From: Myxococcota bacterium | GTDB lineage: Bacteria; Myxococcota_A; UBA796; UBA2385 | Assembly: GCA_044344255.1 (NCBI GenBank) | Contig: JBIJDH010000002.1 | Location: 531,400-595,399, forward strand | Length of the DNA: 64,000 bases | Direction: 5' to 3' | Program-made: the position numbers and the translations under genes | Shown: positions 10,267 through 20,042 of the stretch, piece by piece | Position numbering within the stretch: position 1 is the first letter of the stretch | How the letters are laid out: the number at the start of each line of letters is the position of its first letter | The notes under the pieces: model-generated | What the model was told of the DNA's origin: nothing | The model's input: only the letters and a program-made list of their open reading frames with translations | Database searches by the model: none

Positions 10267-13200
10267 CTACTCTGCCTTGTGACCGTGGGCTTCGCCGGCG
10301 GGGGCGGAGTGTTCAGCGTCGCCGCCGTGCCCTCCCCCGTGATGAAGCTTGCTCGGGTTGTGATGGATGCGGGCCAGGTACCGGACGCCCGGCTTCGTGT
10401 TGAGCTCGCCCAGCATCGTGTAGGCGCGCTCGTCCTGGAACTTGTGGTGAACCTCACCCTCGCCGTCCTTGACGTTACCGAAGGTGATCGCGTCGGCCGG
10501 GCAGGCTTGCGCGCAGGCCGTGATCCGACGGAGCGCCTCGTTCGGAACCACCGCGTGGTCGCGGTCCCGATAGGTGTCCTTGGCCTCGCGGAGGCGTTGG
10601 ACACAGAAGGTGCACTTCTCCATCACGCCCATCTCCCGGGTGCTGACATCCGGGTTGAGCATCAGGTTGAAGGACTCGGGCCACTTGAAGCTGTGGTAGT
10701 TGAAGCGCCGCGCCGTGTACGGGCAGTTGTTTCCGCAGTAGCGCGTGCCCACGCAGCGGTTGTAGATCATCGCGTTCAGCCCGTCGAGGTTGTGGTAGGT
10801 CGCGAGGACCGGACACACACCTTCACAGGGAGCGTGACTACAGTGCTGGCACATCGTGGGCTGGAAGCGGACATCGGGGTGATCGTCGCCGCCCTCCCAG
10901 TACCGAGAGAGGCGAATCCAACCCATGTGCCGGGACTTCTTGATCTGCTCAGGGCCCACCACGGCGAGGTTGTTCTCGGCGTAACAAGCGGCTTCACAGG
11001 CACCACAGCCGGTACATCGATTCAGATCGAAGGCCATCGCGAAGCGGTACGTCGGGTGGTCTGGCTCCGGGTACATGTCCGTGAGCTTCGCCTTGATCAG
11101 CCGCTCGTCCACCGGCACTTCATGAATCGGGACGATGCTCGCCGGCTTGTCGCCCTTCCCGAGATCATCCTTGGAGACCACGTAGTTGATACCACGCCCC
11201 TCCATCGTGAAGGACCCGAGGTAAGGGTGAAGCGCACTCGGCTTGCCAGAGCGCTTGACCTCGCCGCGCGTGGAGACGTACGAGAGGGCGCCCGAAGCGC
11301 TGTCCACGACTGTGGGGATCAGGCGCAGCGGGTTCTTGCCGAAGCGCGTGTATCGCCCCGACGCCTCGTGCCCATTGCCCATGACCAGCCCGATGACGTC
11401 CTTTCGGATCCCCGGGTAGGCGAACCATCCGACCTCGATCTCTCCCTGAGCCGTCTGGACGGTGACCCCGTCGTCCTTGCTCAGGCCAAGCTTCTCGGCC
11501 GTCTCCGGGTGGATCTCCACCCAGGTGCCCCAGGTGAAAGAGCTCAAGGGCTCGGGGATCTCCTGGGCCCAAGGCTTGTTCGCGTGGCGACCGTCGTAGA
11601 TGAACGGGTGAGGGAAGAGCGCCACCACCACCCCGGCGCCGTCGGGCGTGACCGAGGCGGAGGAGGGGGCAGCCCCGAGCTGGAAGGTCGCTCCGGTGCC
11701 CGGCCGCTCTTGGAAGAAGCCTCCCTTCTGCAAGCTGGACGTCCAGAACGCCTGGGGCGTGGCCGAGCTCCCCGCTTTGGTCCAGATCTCGCTCACCCAG
11801 CGGGCCGCGAGGTAGTCGTGGAAGGTCGCCGCGTCGAGCCGCGGCCCGACCGGCGCAGGGGGCGGAGCCGCGGCCGCCGCGCTCGAGCCATCGGCGGACT
11901 GGGTGGACGTTGTGGAAGTCGGGGCGGTCACGGGGGCCACCACAGCCTCGGGGGCGGCCTGAAGACCGAGGCCCTTCGCGACCGCCAGGAGCGTGTCGCC
12001 CACCGAGCGAGTCTGGTGGATCGGCTTCATCGTGGGCTGCTGGAGCGTGTACCGGCCGAAGATCTCCTCGCCGTCTCCCCACGTCTCGAGGGTGGTCCCG
12101 GGCGGGAGCACGATGGCCTTAGGGTTGAGGGAGTCGGAAGGCTCGTTGGTGAAGACCACCAGCTGTCCGACCGACGCCAGGGCTTCGCGAGCGCCAGCGT
12201 CTACGGGGGTGCCGTGCACAATGTCGAGCTCGTCGAGGAAGAGGACCCCGACGTTACCCGCCTTGCAGTCGTCGAGGAGCGCCTTGACGTCCGCGAAGGT
12301 GCTGAATCCCTCCGTGTTCGGGTGATTGCCGAAGACCACGGTGGTGCCGATGTTCCCGGCCACCTCATTGAGCAACAGGACCGCGGTGTCAAGCGCGCTG
12401 GCCGCCGAGGAGGTCGCGGTGCCGCTCGGTAGGACTACGCTCGAGGCCTCGGCCATCCAGGCGGCCGTCTGCTGAAGTTTCCCGATGTCCACGCCCGCCT
12501 GGCTCGCCAGCGCCGCGGCGTCGAGCCCGGCCACCAGACCCGCCGCAGGACCGGAGTAGCTGCGCGCCGTCGCGACCAGCGAAGCCAGCGCCAGGGCGAC
12601 CGCGACCTCCGCGCCGGGGATGGCCGCGAGGTGAAGGTCGGACATGGCGGCGGTGGTTCCGACGCGCGGCTCAACGCAGACCAGGCGAGAGACGAAGCCG
12701 CCGTGGCTGGGGTCGCGGCTGTTGGCGTAGCCACGGGTGAGGGAGATGGTCTCCCCCCAGGTCCCGAGGAAGTCAGCGCCGAAGGAGACGATGGTGTGCG
12801 CATCGTCGAGCTTGAACGAAGGGATGGCGTCCATCCCGAATGCGGCGCGACCGGCGCTGCGAAGGCTCTCGCGACCAAGAGGCTCCCAGAGCACCGTCGT
12901 CCCGCCGACCGCCCCAGCGAACTGCCGCAGCAGCGCCGCGAGAGTGCCCGTGCGGTACTTGCCCAGCCAAGCGACCTTCTTGCCGCCAGCCTGCGCGGCC
13001 TGAATGGCCGTGACGACCGCGGCGGTGGCGTCAGCCTCGGCGACCTTAGCGCCGGCCACCATCGGGCCGGTGTAGCGGTCGGGGCTGTAGGTCGCCTGCA
13101 GACCCGCCTGTCCTCGGCTGCACAGCTTTCCGAGGTTGGTCGGGTGCTCGGGGTTACCCTCCAGCTTTACCACGCGGCCTTCACGATTTCTCGCGAGGAC

Positions 13201-13419
13201 ACCGCAGCCCGCCGGGCACTCGTTACACTTGGTGGCAAACCAAGTGGACAGACCAGGGATGATCTGGTCTGGGAGCGCAACATAGGGGAGGACGTTTTCG
13301 ATTGGCACCCGCGGGTCCCAAGAGAGGGGACCGGGGAGGTCAGTGCAGCCCGCGGCCGCCACGGCGGCGCCGGATACACCTGCCGCCTTGAGGAAGTCGC
13401 GCCGATTCAAATTGGACAT
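10267..13419 (-). CDS. actB: Alternative complex III subunit B (molybdopterin-oxidoreductase-like domain fused to Fe-S domain), Tat lipoprotein
   Basis: Tat motif NRRDFLK then AAAGC; Fe-S motifs CTGCGACEAAC, CQHCSHAPCEGVCP, CVGTRYCGNNCP, CTFC...CAQACP; ATG at 13419. Confidence 0.92.
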   Translation of the reverse strand: MSNLNRRDFLKAAGVSGAAVAAAGCTDLPGPLSWDPRVPIENVLPYVALPDQIIPGLSTWFATKCNECPAGCGVLARNREGRVVKLEGNPEHPTNLGKLCSRGQAGLQATYSPDRYTGPMVAGAKVAEADATAAVVTAIQAAQAGGKKVAWLGKYRTGTLAALLRQFAGAVGGTTVLWEPLGRESLRSAGRAAFGMDAIPSFKLDDAHTIVSFGADFLGTWGETISLTRGYANSRDPSHGGFVSRLVCVEPRVGTTAAMSDLHLAAIPGAEVAVALALASLVATARSYSGPAAGLVAGLDAAALASQAGVDIGKLQQTAAWMAEASSVVLPSGTATSSAASALDTAVLLLNEVAGNIGTTVVFGNHPNTEGFSTFADVKALLDDCKAGNVGVLFLDELDIVHGTPVDAGAREALASVGQLVVFTNEPSDSLNPKAIVLPPGTTLETWGDGEEIFGRYTLQQPTMKPIHQTRSVGDTLLAVAKGLGLQAAPEAVVAPVTAPTSTTSTQSADGSSAAAAAPPPAPVGPRLDAATFHDYLAARWVSEIWTKAGSSATPQAFWTSSLQKGGFFQERPGTGATFQLGAAPSSASVTPDGAGVVVALFPHPFIYDGRHANKPWAQEIPEPLSSFTWGTWVEIHPETAEKLGLSKDDGVTVQTAQGEIEVGWFAYPGIRKDVIGLVMGNGHEASGRYTRFGKNPLRLIPTVVDSASGALSYVSTRGEVKRSGKPSALHPYLGSFTMEGRGINYVVSKDDLGKGDKPASIVPIHEVPVDERLIKAKLTDMYPEPDHPTYRFAMAFDLNRCTGCGACEAACYAENNLAVVGPEQIKKSRHMGWIRLSRYWEGGDDHPDVRFQPTMCQHCSHAPCEGVCPVLATYHNLDGLNAMIYNRCVGTRYCGNNCPYTARRFNYHSFKWPESFNLMLNPDVSTREMGVMEKCTFCVQRLREAKDTYRDRDHAVVPNEALRRITACAQACPADAITFGNVKDGEGEVHHKFQDERAYTMLGELNTKPGVRYLARIHHNPSKLHHGGGHGGDAEHSAPAGEAHGHKAE

Positions 13420-13438
13420 GGGAACGCTCCGAACTCCG

Positions 13439-14185
13439 TCACTTGTGGCAGGTCCAGCAGTCCTTGAGCTCGGCTCGCCGCAGCTCGGCCTGGGCACCAT
13501 AGTTCTTGTCGACGTTCGGGTGGGACTTGTGGCAGTCCAGACACCATCCCATCGTCAGCTGGCCGACACGGTAGGCCGTGGTCATGTCGGTCTGCACCTG
13601 GCCATGGCACTCCTGGCACTGCAGACCGCCCTGAACGTGGCGCTTGTGGCTGAAATACACGAAGTCGGGGAGGTCGTGGACCTTCACCCAAGGGATCGGC
13701 TCACCGGAGGCGTAGTACTTCTCCAGCTTCTCGAGCTCCGTACGGCCGGGTTCGGGCCGCCCCTCGGACTTCACGTAGGCGTGGCAGTTCATGCAGGTCT
13801 GCGTCGGAGGCACGCCTGCGTGAATCGATTTTCTGGCCACGAAGTGGCAATATTGGCAGTCGATTCCCAGGGTGCCGGCGTGGAGCTTGTGGGAGTAGTT
13901 GATCGGCTGCTCTAGCCGTTCGTCACTGACAGCTCCATAGGCGACACGATCCCCGTTGGGGGGAGGCAAGAGCCAGTGCACACCCTGGGGGAAGGTCTGG
14001 TCGTCATCTTCGATCCAGGAGAAGGCCTCCGGGACCCGAGGGTCGTGGGGGACGTCATCAGCCGCGATGACCGCGACCTCGGTCTCGGGCTTCGATGCGT
14101 GACCGCTACCGGTCAGGCTCGCCGCCAGGGTCGCGGCTCCAACCAAGGGGGCAGCGAGGAGCAGGATCCGCTTCCAACGTGTCAT
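13439..14185 (-). CDS. actA: Alternative complex III pentaheme cytochrome c subunit A
   Basis: Five CxxCH (CQYCH, CMNCH, CQECH, CLDCH, CWTCH); QPINYSHKLHAG, LPDFVYFSHKRH, LTMGWC. Confidence 0.92.
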   Translation of the reverse strand: MTRWKRILLLAAPLVGAATLAASLTGSGHASKPETEVAVIAADDVPHDPRVPEAFSWIEDDDQTFPQGVHWLLPPPNGDRVAYGAVSDERLEQPINYSHKLHAGTLGIDCQYCHFVARKSIHAGVPPTQTCMNCHAYVKSEGRPEPGRTELEKLEKYYASGEPIPWVKVHDLPDFVYFSHKRHVQGGLQCQECHGQVQTDMTTAYRVGQLTMGWCLDCHKSHPNVDKNYGAQAELRRAELKDCWTCHK

Positions 14186-14472
14186 GGCTTCTTCCGGCTC
14201 TCTTCCCGCGGGGCCCGGTCGCGCAGATGGGCCTGCGCGCGTTGCCCTGGGCCCGTTGATGGGCCCGGTTCGGACGGGTCGCCCCCCTAATGTGCGGGCC
14301 CTTCTCGTTCAAGGATCCACATCCCGACATCGCCGCTCGGGCGGGAATGCTGTAGTCCATGTGGGGGTTCGTTCGGGATCATCTCGCGGTCCGGCCTGAT
14401 TGTCCGGAGGGTGTAGAGAGTTCCACCTTGTCGCAGCAGGTGGGGTCGCTATGAGAGGACGGCGAGGTGGAG

Positions 14473-14934
14473 ATGGTCCAGGGACCAAATTTGGACTTTC
14501 ACGCCCGAAGGTGGGCCTGGGGCTTGATCGCCTTCGGTGGTACTGCGGCCCTCCTGTTGAGCTGCGGAGGGGCTCGGCCGAGAGGAGAGCCGGAGGCGGC
14601 CTCGGCTCATTCGTCCGCTGCGCGGGAAGGAGAGGTGGCGGCGGCCGAGGGCACTTCGGCGGCGACCGCGGAGGGCCGCCGATCCGCGGACCTCTACGAA
14701 GGCTGTCGTCGGCGAGTCGAGGGTGCGGAGGTGGCAGGAGAATGTGCCACCGACGCGGACTGTGTCAGGGCGGGCTGCTCCCAGGAGATCTGCCTCAGCC
14801 GCCCAGCAGCGGAGGGGCTCATGGGGAGCTGTGAGGTCCAACCTTGTTTCAGCGTGCTGGATCAATGCGGCTGCCACGACACCCGCTGCACCTGGACGCT
14901 CAAGCCCGCTACACGCGCCGGTGGGGCCGGTTGA
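14473..14934 (+). CDS. Putative lipoprotein with eight-cysteine-cluster domain
   Basis: LLLSC lipobox-like; CATDADCVRAGCSQEIC...CEVQPC...CGCHDTRCTW. Confidence 0.65.
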   Translation: MVQGPNLDFHARRWAWGLIAFGGTAALLLSCGGARPRGEPEAASAHSSAAREGEVAAAEGTSAATAEGRRSADLYEGCRRRVEGAEVAGECATDADCVRAGCSQEICLSRPAAEGLMGSCEVQPCFSVLDQCGCHDTRCTWTLKPATRAGGAG

Positions 14935-14938
14935 GGCG

Positions 14939-15457
14939 ATGATTCGAATTACAGGCGGCGTAGCTCGAGGTAGGGCGGTGCCCGGCACGATCGGCGACCA
15001 CGTCCGCCCCACCTCGGGGAGAGTCCGTGAGGCGCTCTTCTCCATGGTCGGGCAGGACCTTCAAGGTTGGTCGGTGTTGGACGCCTTTGGCGGTACCGGT
15101 CTGTTGGCCTTTGAGGCCGCCAGCCGCGGCGCCGGCCCGGTGCTCGTCGTCGATCGGGACCCGAGGTCGGTGCGTCAGATCGAGGCCGCGGGTCGCCAGC
15201 TTGGGCTCGCCGTGACCGTCCTTCGAGAGGACGCGGCCCGTGCCCTCGTCGCGCCCGGCTGGGATCTCGTCCTCCTCGATCCCCCCTACGCGGAGGAGCC
15301 CGGGCCCTGGCTGGAGCGCGCCGCGCCAGTGACGCTCCGTTGCCTCGTCTTCGAGCACCGAAGTGGGCACCGCCTCCCGGATCAGGTGGGTCCGCTCCGG
15401 CTCGATCGACGCCGAGAGTACGGCGAGACGGCCCTCACCCTGTTTCGGCGCGGGTGA
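14939..15457 (+). CDS. rsmD: 16S rRNA m2G966 methyltransferase RsmD family
   Basis: MIRITGG..RG, VRPTSGRVREALFS, VLDAFGGTG, EAASRGA, LDPPY, YGET. Confidence 0.9.
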   Translation: MIRITGGVARGRAVPGTIGDHVRPTSGRVREALFSMVGQDLQGWSVLDAFGGTGLLAFEAASRGAGPVLVVDRDPRSVRQIEAAGRQLGLAVTVLREDAARALVAPGWDLVLLDPPYAEEPGPWLERAAPVTLRCLVFEHRSGHRLPDQVGPLRLDRRREYGETALTLFRRG

Positions 15458-15597
15458 CTCCGCTCCGATGCGGTGGCGCAGGGCTCCCGATGGTGCGGCC
15501 AGGGCGTTATCTGCGCCCCTCCGCTTCAGGGCGGCGCGGCGTCCGCGTGGGCCGCTCCCCCGAGCCCTCAGGTCCCCGATAGGGTCCGGAGCCCCAT

Positions 15598-16968
15598 ATG
15601 AACCCTGCTTCTGCTCTCCGTCCTGCTTCGGCTGAGGTCGCCGATCCTGGGCCTTCGGGGCGCCGCGTGGTCATCGGCTGTGGCCCAGACGGACTGCGGG
15701 CGGCGGCCGTGCTGGCCGCGGCCGGCCACGCGGTCACCTTCCTCCAGACCGCCGAGACTCCCTCCGGCTTGCGCTGGCCTGAGCTGCCCGTCGATGCGGG
15801 GATCCTCCGCGTCCCCGCCGCAGACCGTGCGGTCGCCGAGCAGGTTGTTGGATCGCTCGTCGAAGCTCCCACCCCCGAGCGAGCGCTGCTTGCCCGAGGG
15901 GCGCTCCACACACTCCCGCTCTCTCGCCCCGAGGTCGGCCGACTGTTCCCGGCCGCATCCGCCCTGCCTGCCGCGCAGAGTTGGGTGCGCTCCCGCTTCA
16001 AGAACACCCTGGCGGAGCTTGTAGGCGGTGGACAGGAGGAGCGCAGCTACAAGGACTGGGTCGTCCGCCGCATGGGTGGGCCGGCCTGGCACCACATCTA
16101 CCGTGCTTATGCTCACCAACGTTGGGGCTTCGACGGCGCGGTGCTCGGCGTCGGTCTCGCGCGGGTCTACCACGGTAGGCCAGATGCCGGGCCCTTCCTC
16201 ACGGTGGGCGGTGGGCCGGCCACGGCGCTCGCGAGGGCTGAAGAGCTCATCATCTCCGCCGGCGGCCGGGTCCGCCTGGCCGTGAAGGTCGAGCGGCTCG
16301 TCGTCGAAGGCGGGAAGGTACGGGCGGTCCTGCTCCAGGACGGTGAGCGAATCGACGTCCTCGGCCCGCTGTGGGCGGCGGTGCCGGCCCCGTGGTTGGC
16401 GAGCTGGCTGGAGGATGCGATCCCCGGCCCGATCCGCAGCGACACGGCGCTCTTGGAGATGCTCCCCGTGGCACGTGTGGCGCTCCGCGGCGACACCAAC
16501 CGACTCCCCGCCGAGGTGCACGTCACCGATGAGGGTGCCCCGTTCTGGCGGGTCATCCGCCCCTATGGCATCGAGCAAACCGCGATCTTTCACGTCACTG
16601 CTCCCAAGGAGGCCGACGATGACCGCCTCGCCCAAGGGGTCGCCGAGGCCGCGGCGGCGCTCGGCCTGGGGACGTACAGCGTCAGCGGGGCGAAGGTGGA
16701 GCGCCTCGTCGCTTGGCAGCCCGTGTGGCGGAGCACCTCGCACACCCGCCTAAGATCGGTGTTGCTCGCGTGGCGCACCCTCGGCATCGTGGCGGTGGGC
16801 CGATGCGGCGCCTTTGCTGGCCTCGACGCCGGCGAAGAGATCTCTTTCGCCGTGGCGCTTCGGGATCGCGACGATCCCGACCAGCGCGAGGTTCAGCGGG
16901 ATCTGGCGTCCCCGCCGGTGGGCCAGGACGACCTCCACGCCGCGATCACCCGCTTCATCGAGCGCTGA
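15598..16968 (+). CDS. FAD-dependent oxidoreductase (protoporphyrinogen/amine oxidase-like)
   Basis: Rossmann motif VVIGCGPDGLRAAAVL; C-terminal VGRCGAF; 456 aa. Confidence 0.6.
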   Translation: MNPASALRPASAEVADPGPSGRRVVIGCGPDGLRAAAVLAAAGHAVTFLQTAETPSGLRWPELPVDAGILRVPAADRAVAEQVVGSLVEAPTPERALLARGALHTLPLSRPEVGRLFPAASALPAAQSWVRSRFKNTLAELVGGGQEERSYKDWVVRRMGGPAWHHIYRAYAHQRWGFDGAVLGVGLARVYHGRPDAGPFLTVGGGPATALARAEELIISAGGRVRLAVKVERLVVEGGKVRAVLLQDGERIDVLGPLWAAVPAPWLASWLEDAIPGPIRSDTALLEMLPVARVALRGDTNRLPAEVHVTDEGAPFWRVIRPYGIEQTAIFHVTAPKEADDDRLAQGVAEAAAALGLGTYSVSGAKVERLVAWQPVWRSTSHTRLRSVLLAWRTLGIVAVGRCGAFAGLDAGEEISFAVALRDRDDPDQREVQRDLASPPVGQDDLHAAITRFIER

Positions 16969-16986
16969 TCGCGCGGCGGCGAGGGC

Positions 16987-17511
16987 TCAGTCCTTGGTCT
17001 TCATGTTGGTGCACCAATCCACCTCGAAGTCCCCCGACATCGAGCCGTCGTCGAAGCCGACGTCGAAGGAGCCCACGGCGGCGTCCTTCTTGGTGAACTC
17101 GTCGATGGTCAGGCTGCCGGTCTCGGCCCGGTAGACCGTCATGGCGCCGTCCTGGATCACCAGCAGTCGTCCATCTACGGGCGCGTCCCCTTCGAGGCTC
17201 ACGTTTCCTTCGGTGACGTCCGAGTCTTCGAAGGTGAACAACAGGGCGACGATATCATCTTCGACCGGCGGCTCCACACCGGTCTCGAAGGTGGGACCCC
17301 GCTTCACCCAGTACATGTCGATGCACTCGTAGGCCTTGCTCGTGAAGATGAGGAAGGGTCCTCCCCAGAAGTATCCCTCCGGCTTGAGGGTCTCTCCAGC
17401 GACGGTGCCGCTGAGATCGGCGTAGGCGTCCGCCCCACAGCCCGACACGGAGAGAGAGCCGAGCGAGAGGCCGAGGCAGAAGAGGACGGTGCGAGGGTCA
17501 AAGCTGGGCAC
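16987..17511 (-). CDS. Hypothetical lipoprotein
   Basis: GTG 17511 after GGAGGT; hydrophobic stretch ending VSGC; acidic beta-rich mature part. Confidence 0.65.
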   Translation of the reverse strand: MPSFDPRTVLFCLGLSLGSLSVSGCGADAYADLSGTVAGETLKPEGYFWGGPFLIFTSKAYECIDMYWVKRGPTFETGVEPPVEDDIVALLFTFEDSDVTEGNVSLEGDAPVDGRLLVIQDGAMTVYRAETGSLTIDEFTKKDAAVGSFDVGFDDGSMSGDFEVDWCTNMKTKD

Positions 17512-17656
17512 GGGGAGGACCTCCGGGCGGGCCGCGCAGCGCAGCGGCGTGGGGGGTTCGCGAAGGACCTCGGGCGAGGGGTGAGGTCCGCGGAGTAGAT
17601 CCCTCATACTCTATTCGGACCGAAGGCCGACCGGGGAGCGCGCTGGTTAAGGTCCG

Positions 17657-18697
17657 GTGGTGAACGACGACCCCGCCCCTCACCCGTCGACGGCTCAAAC
17701 CACGCTGACCTTGCCCCCCTCGTCGGTGGGCGCGGAGGTGCTCTTCAGCGGCTTCAAGCGGGCCGTACAGGGAGATCGTCGCGCCTTGGCACGGGCGGTC
17801 AGCCGGATCGAAGACCGGGCGGACGGCGTGTTGGAGGCGGTCGGCGGACTGCGGCCTCGCCGCCGCTCGGGTCCAGCGTCGCCCCATGTGATCGGCCTCA
17901 CTGGCCCTCCGGGCGCGGGTAAGAGCACCTTCACGAACCGCCTCGTCCGTGAAGCTCGAGAGCGGGGACAGCGGGTCGCCGTGCTGGCCGTTGACCCATC
18001 GAGCCCCTTCTCGGGAGGCGCGATCTTGGGAGATCGGCTCCGGATGGAGGAGCACGCCGCCGACCCGGCGGTGTTCATTCGATCGCTGGCCAGCCGGGGG
18101 CACCTTGGCGGGCTCTCCCGGGCGACCGGGCAGGTGGTGGATCTGCTCGACGCCGCTGGCTTCGACCTCATCCTCGTCGAGACCGTGGGGGTCGGGCAGT
18201 CCGAGCTCTCCGTGATGGAGGTCGCCGACACCGTCATCGTCGTCCTCACGCCAGAGAGCGGTGACACCGTCCAGACGATGAAGGCGGGCCTGCTCGAGGT
18301 AGCAGACGTGTTCGTGGTCAACAAGGCAGACCGCCCCGGGGCGGACCGCCTCCGTCGCGACTTGGAGCAGATGGTGCGCCTGGACGGCGAGGTACCAGGC
18401 TCGTCGACCGACTGGACTCCACCGGTCTTGACGACCTGCGCCACCGAGGGGACGGGTGTCAGCGACGTCGCGCGCGCCTGCAGGGCTCACCTCGGGTGGA
18501 TCTCTGGCGCCGGGCTCGCCGACTGGGAGCGTCGTCGCGCCGCCGGTCGGCTCCGCACCTTCCTCGATCTCATCGCCGAAGACGCCCGTGAAGCGGCCGC
18601 GTCTCGCCTCCGCACGACCGCCCTCTCTGAGCGTCGTGGGCTCGAGGCGGGAGAGCTCAACCCATACCTGCTCGCCGCCGCGTGGGGCCGCTCGTGA
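17657..18697 (+). CDS. meaB: Methylmalonyl-CoA mutase-associated GTPase MeaB/ArgK
   Basis: GPPGAGKST, AVDPSSPFSGGAILGDRLRM, ETVGVGQSE, KAGLLE, NKAD. Confidence 0.93.
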   Translation: MVNDDPAPHPSTAQTTLTLPPSSVGAEVLFSGFKRAVQGDRRALARAVSRIEDRADGVLEAVGGLRPRRRSGPASPHVIGLTGPPGAGKSTFTNRLVREARERGQRVAVLAVDPSSPFSGGAILGDRLRMEEHAADPAVFIRSLASRGHLGGLSRATGQVVDLLDAAGFDLILVETVGVGQSELSVMEVADTVIVVLTPESGDTVQTMKAGLLEVADVFVVNKADRPGADRLRRDLEQMVRLDGEVPGSSTDWTPPVLTTCATEGTGVSDVARACRAHLGWISGAGLADWERRRAAGRLRTFLDLIAEDAREAAASRLRTTALSERRGLEAGELNPYLLAAAWGRS

Positions 18698-19467
18698 GCG
18701 CCGGTCTCCGCGGCCTCCCGCGTGGCTCCGGTGTGGTCCACCTCGAGCGTGAGGGCGGCTGCTCGCGCATCACCTTCGACAACCCCGCGCGCCACAACGC
18801 GCTGTCTCCCGGGATGATGCTCGACCTCGAGGCAGCGGTGAGCGAGCTGGAGATCGATCCGGGCGTGTCGGTGATCCTCTCCGGCGCCCGTGGCGGCAGC
18901 TTCTGCGCCGGGGGCGATCTTGTCTCAGTCCGCGAGCACCTCCTCGCTCCCGGGCTCGGCGCAGAGATGTGCGCGTTCATGCAGGGTGCGCTCCAGCGCC
19001 TCTGCGCCCTCCCGGTGGTGATCATCGGCGCGGTCGAGGGCGCGGCCCTCGGGGGCGGGGCAGAGCTGCTCACCGCCTGTGACCGGGTCTTTGCCAGCGA
19101 GGCCGCCACAGTAGGCTTCGTGCAGGCGGCGCTCGGAGTGTCGACGGGTTGGGGCGGGGGCGCTCGTCTGGTTGAGCGAGTGGGCCGACGGCGTGCCCTG
19201 ATCATCCTGACCGAGGCGCGCCGGATGACCGCCGCGGAGGCAGCCGCCATCGGCCTGATCGAGGAGGTGGTGCCTGCTGGGCACGCGCTCTCGAGGGCGG
19301 TCCGGGTCGCCGCCGCCCTGTCTCTCCTCCCCCCGGGGGCGGTCCAGGCCGCGGTGCGCGTGGCACGTTCCTCCGATCTCGCCGTGGAGGCGCGGCTCTT
19401 CGCCGAGCTCTGGGGTGGATCGGCCCATCGCACAGCCCTCGGCGACGGCCAGGGTCGAGGTCGATGA
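18694..19467 (+). CDS. Crotonase-superfamily protein resembling ethylmalonyl/methylmalonyl-CoA decarboxylase (ECHDC1-like)
   Basis: NALSPGMM, FCAGGDL, ALGGGAELLTACD, GWGGGARL, LWGG; GTGA overlap with meaB stop. Confidence 0.8.
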   Translation: MSAGLRGLPRGSGVVHLEREGGCSRITFDNPARHNALSPGMMLDLEAAVSELEIDPGVSVILSGARGGSFCAGGDLVSVREHLLAPGLGAEMCAFMQGALQRLCALPVVIIGAVEGAALGGGAELLTACDRVFASEAATVGFVQAALGVSTGWGGGARLVERVGRRRALIILTEARRMTAAEAAAIGLIEEVVPAGHALSRAVRVAAALSLLPPGAVQAAVRVARSSDLAVEARLFAELWGGSAHRTALGDGQGRGR

Positions 19468-20003
19468 CCCTCCTGTGGGTCCTCGCGCTGTCCTGTCGCC
19501 GCGCCGGACCCCCTCAGTCGGAGCTCGAAGAGGCTGTGGAGCTCCTGCCCCCCCTCCGGAGCGTCGCGGGTGTGGTGACGGACGGGACCTTCGAAGACTC
19601 GGAGCTGCGCTATTCTTTGAAGGTCGGTGAGGGTTGGCAGGCCCGGCCGGGCTGGGTCGGCGACGCTCGGCGACTTGAGCTCGAGCATGTCGAGACCGCG
19701 GCTCGGATCGAGATTTGGCGGGTGGAGGTTGAGCTATTCCCCTTACGCCCCGATTGCATGTGGACCTTCCGCGACTCGGGCCCCTACCTGACCGTCGTGG
19801 ACTCGACACCGGCGGGAGAGACGGCCACGATTGGGACGTGCGTACCGGATGATCCCCACAAAGCGAGGATCCTCGCCTGGGTGATCCGCGCGGAGCATGA
19901 CACGACGCGCACCCTTCGGGTGGAGCTCCACGCACCGACGGATGCCATGCTTCACGCGCACAAGGACGCCCTCAGGCTGATCACAGAGCTGCTCTGGCCC
20001 TGA
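19464..20003 (+). CDS. Hypothetical protein, possible lipoprotein
   Basis: ATGA overlap with upstream gene; short hydrophobic N-terminus ending LSC. Confidence 0.55.
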   Translation: MTLLWVLALSCRRAGPPQSELEEAVELLPPLRSVAGVVTDGTFEDSELRYSLKVGEGWQARPGWVGDARRLELEHVETAARIEIWRVEVELFPLRPDCMWTFRDSGPYLTVVDSTPAGETATIGTCVPDDPHKARILAWVIRAEHDTTRTLRVELHAPTDAMLHAHKDALRLITELLWP

Positions 20004-20042
20004 GGCTTCAGGCCAGAGCACCGTGCCATTACCCTCCGGCGA

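Noticed and set aside
9118..12432. 1104-aa plus-strand ORF
   Set aside because: Antisense shadow of actB/actC; no recognisable motifs; expected in high-GC coding DNA
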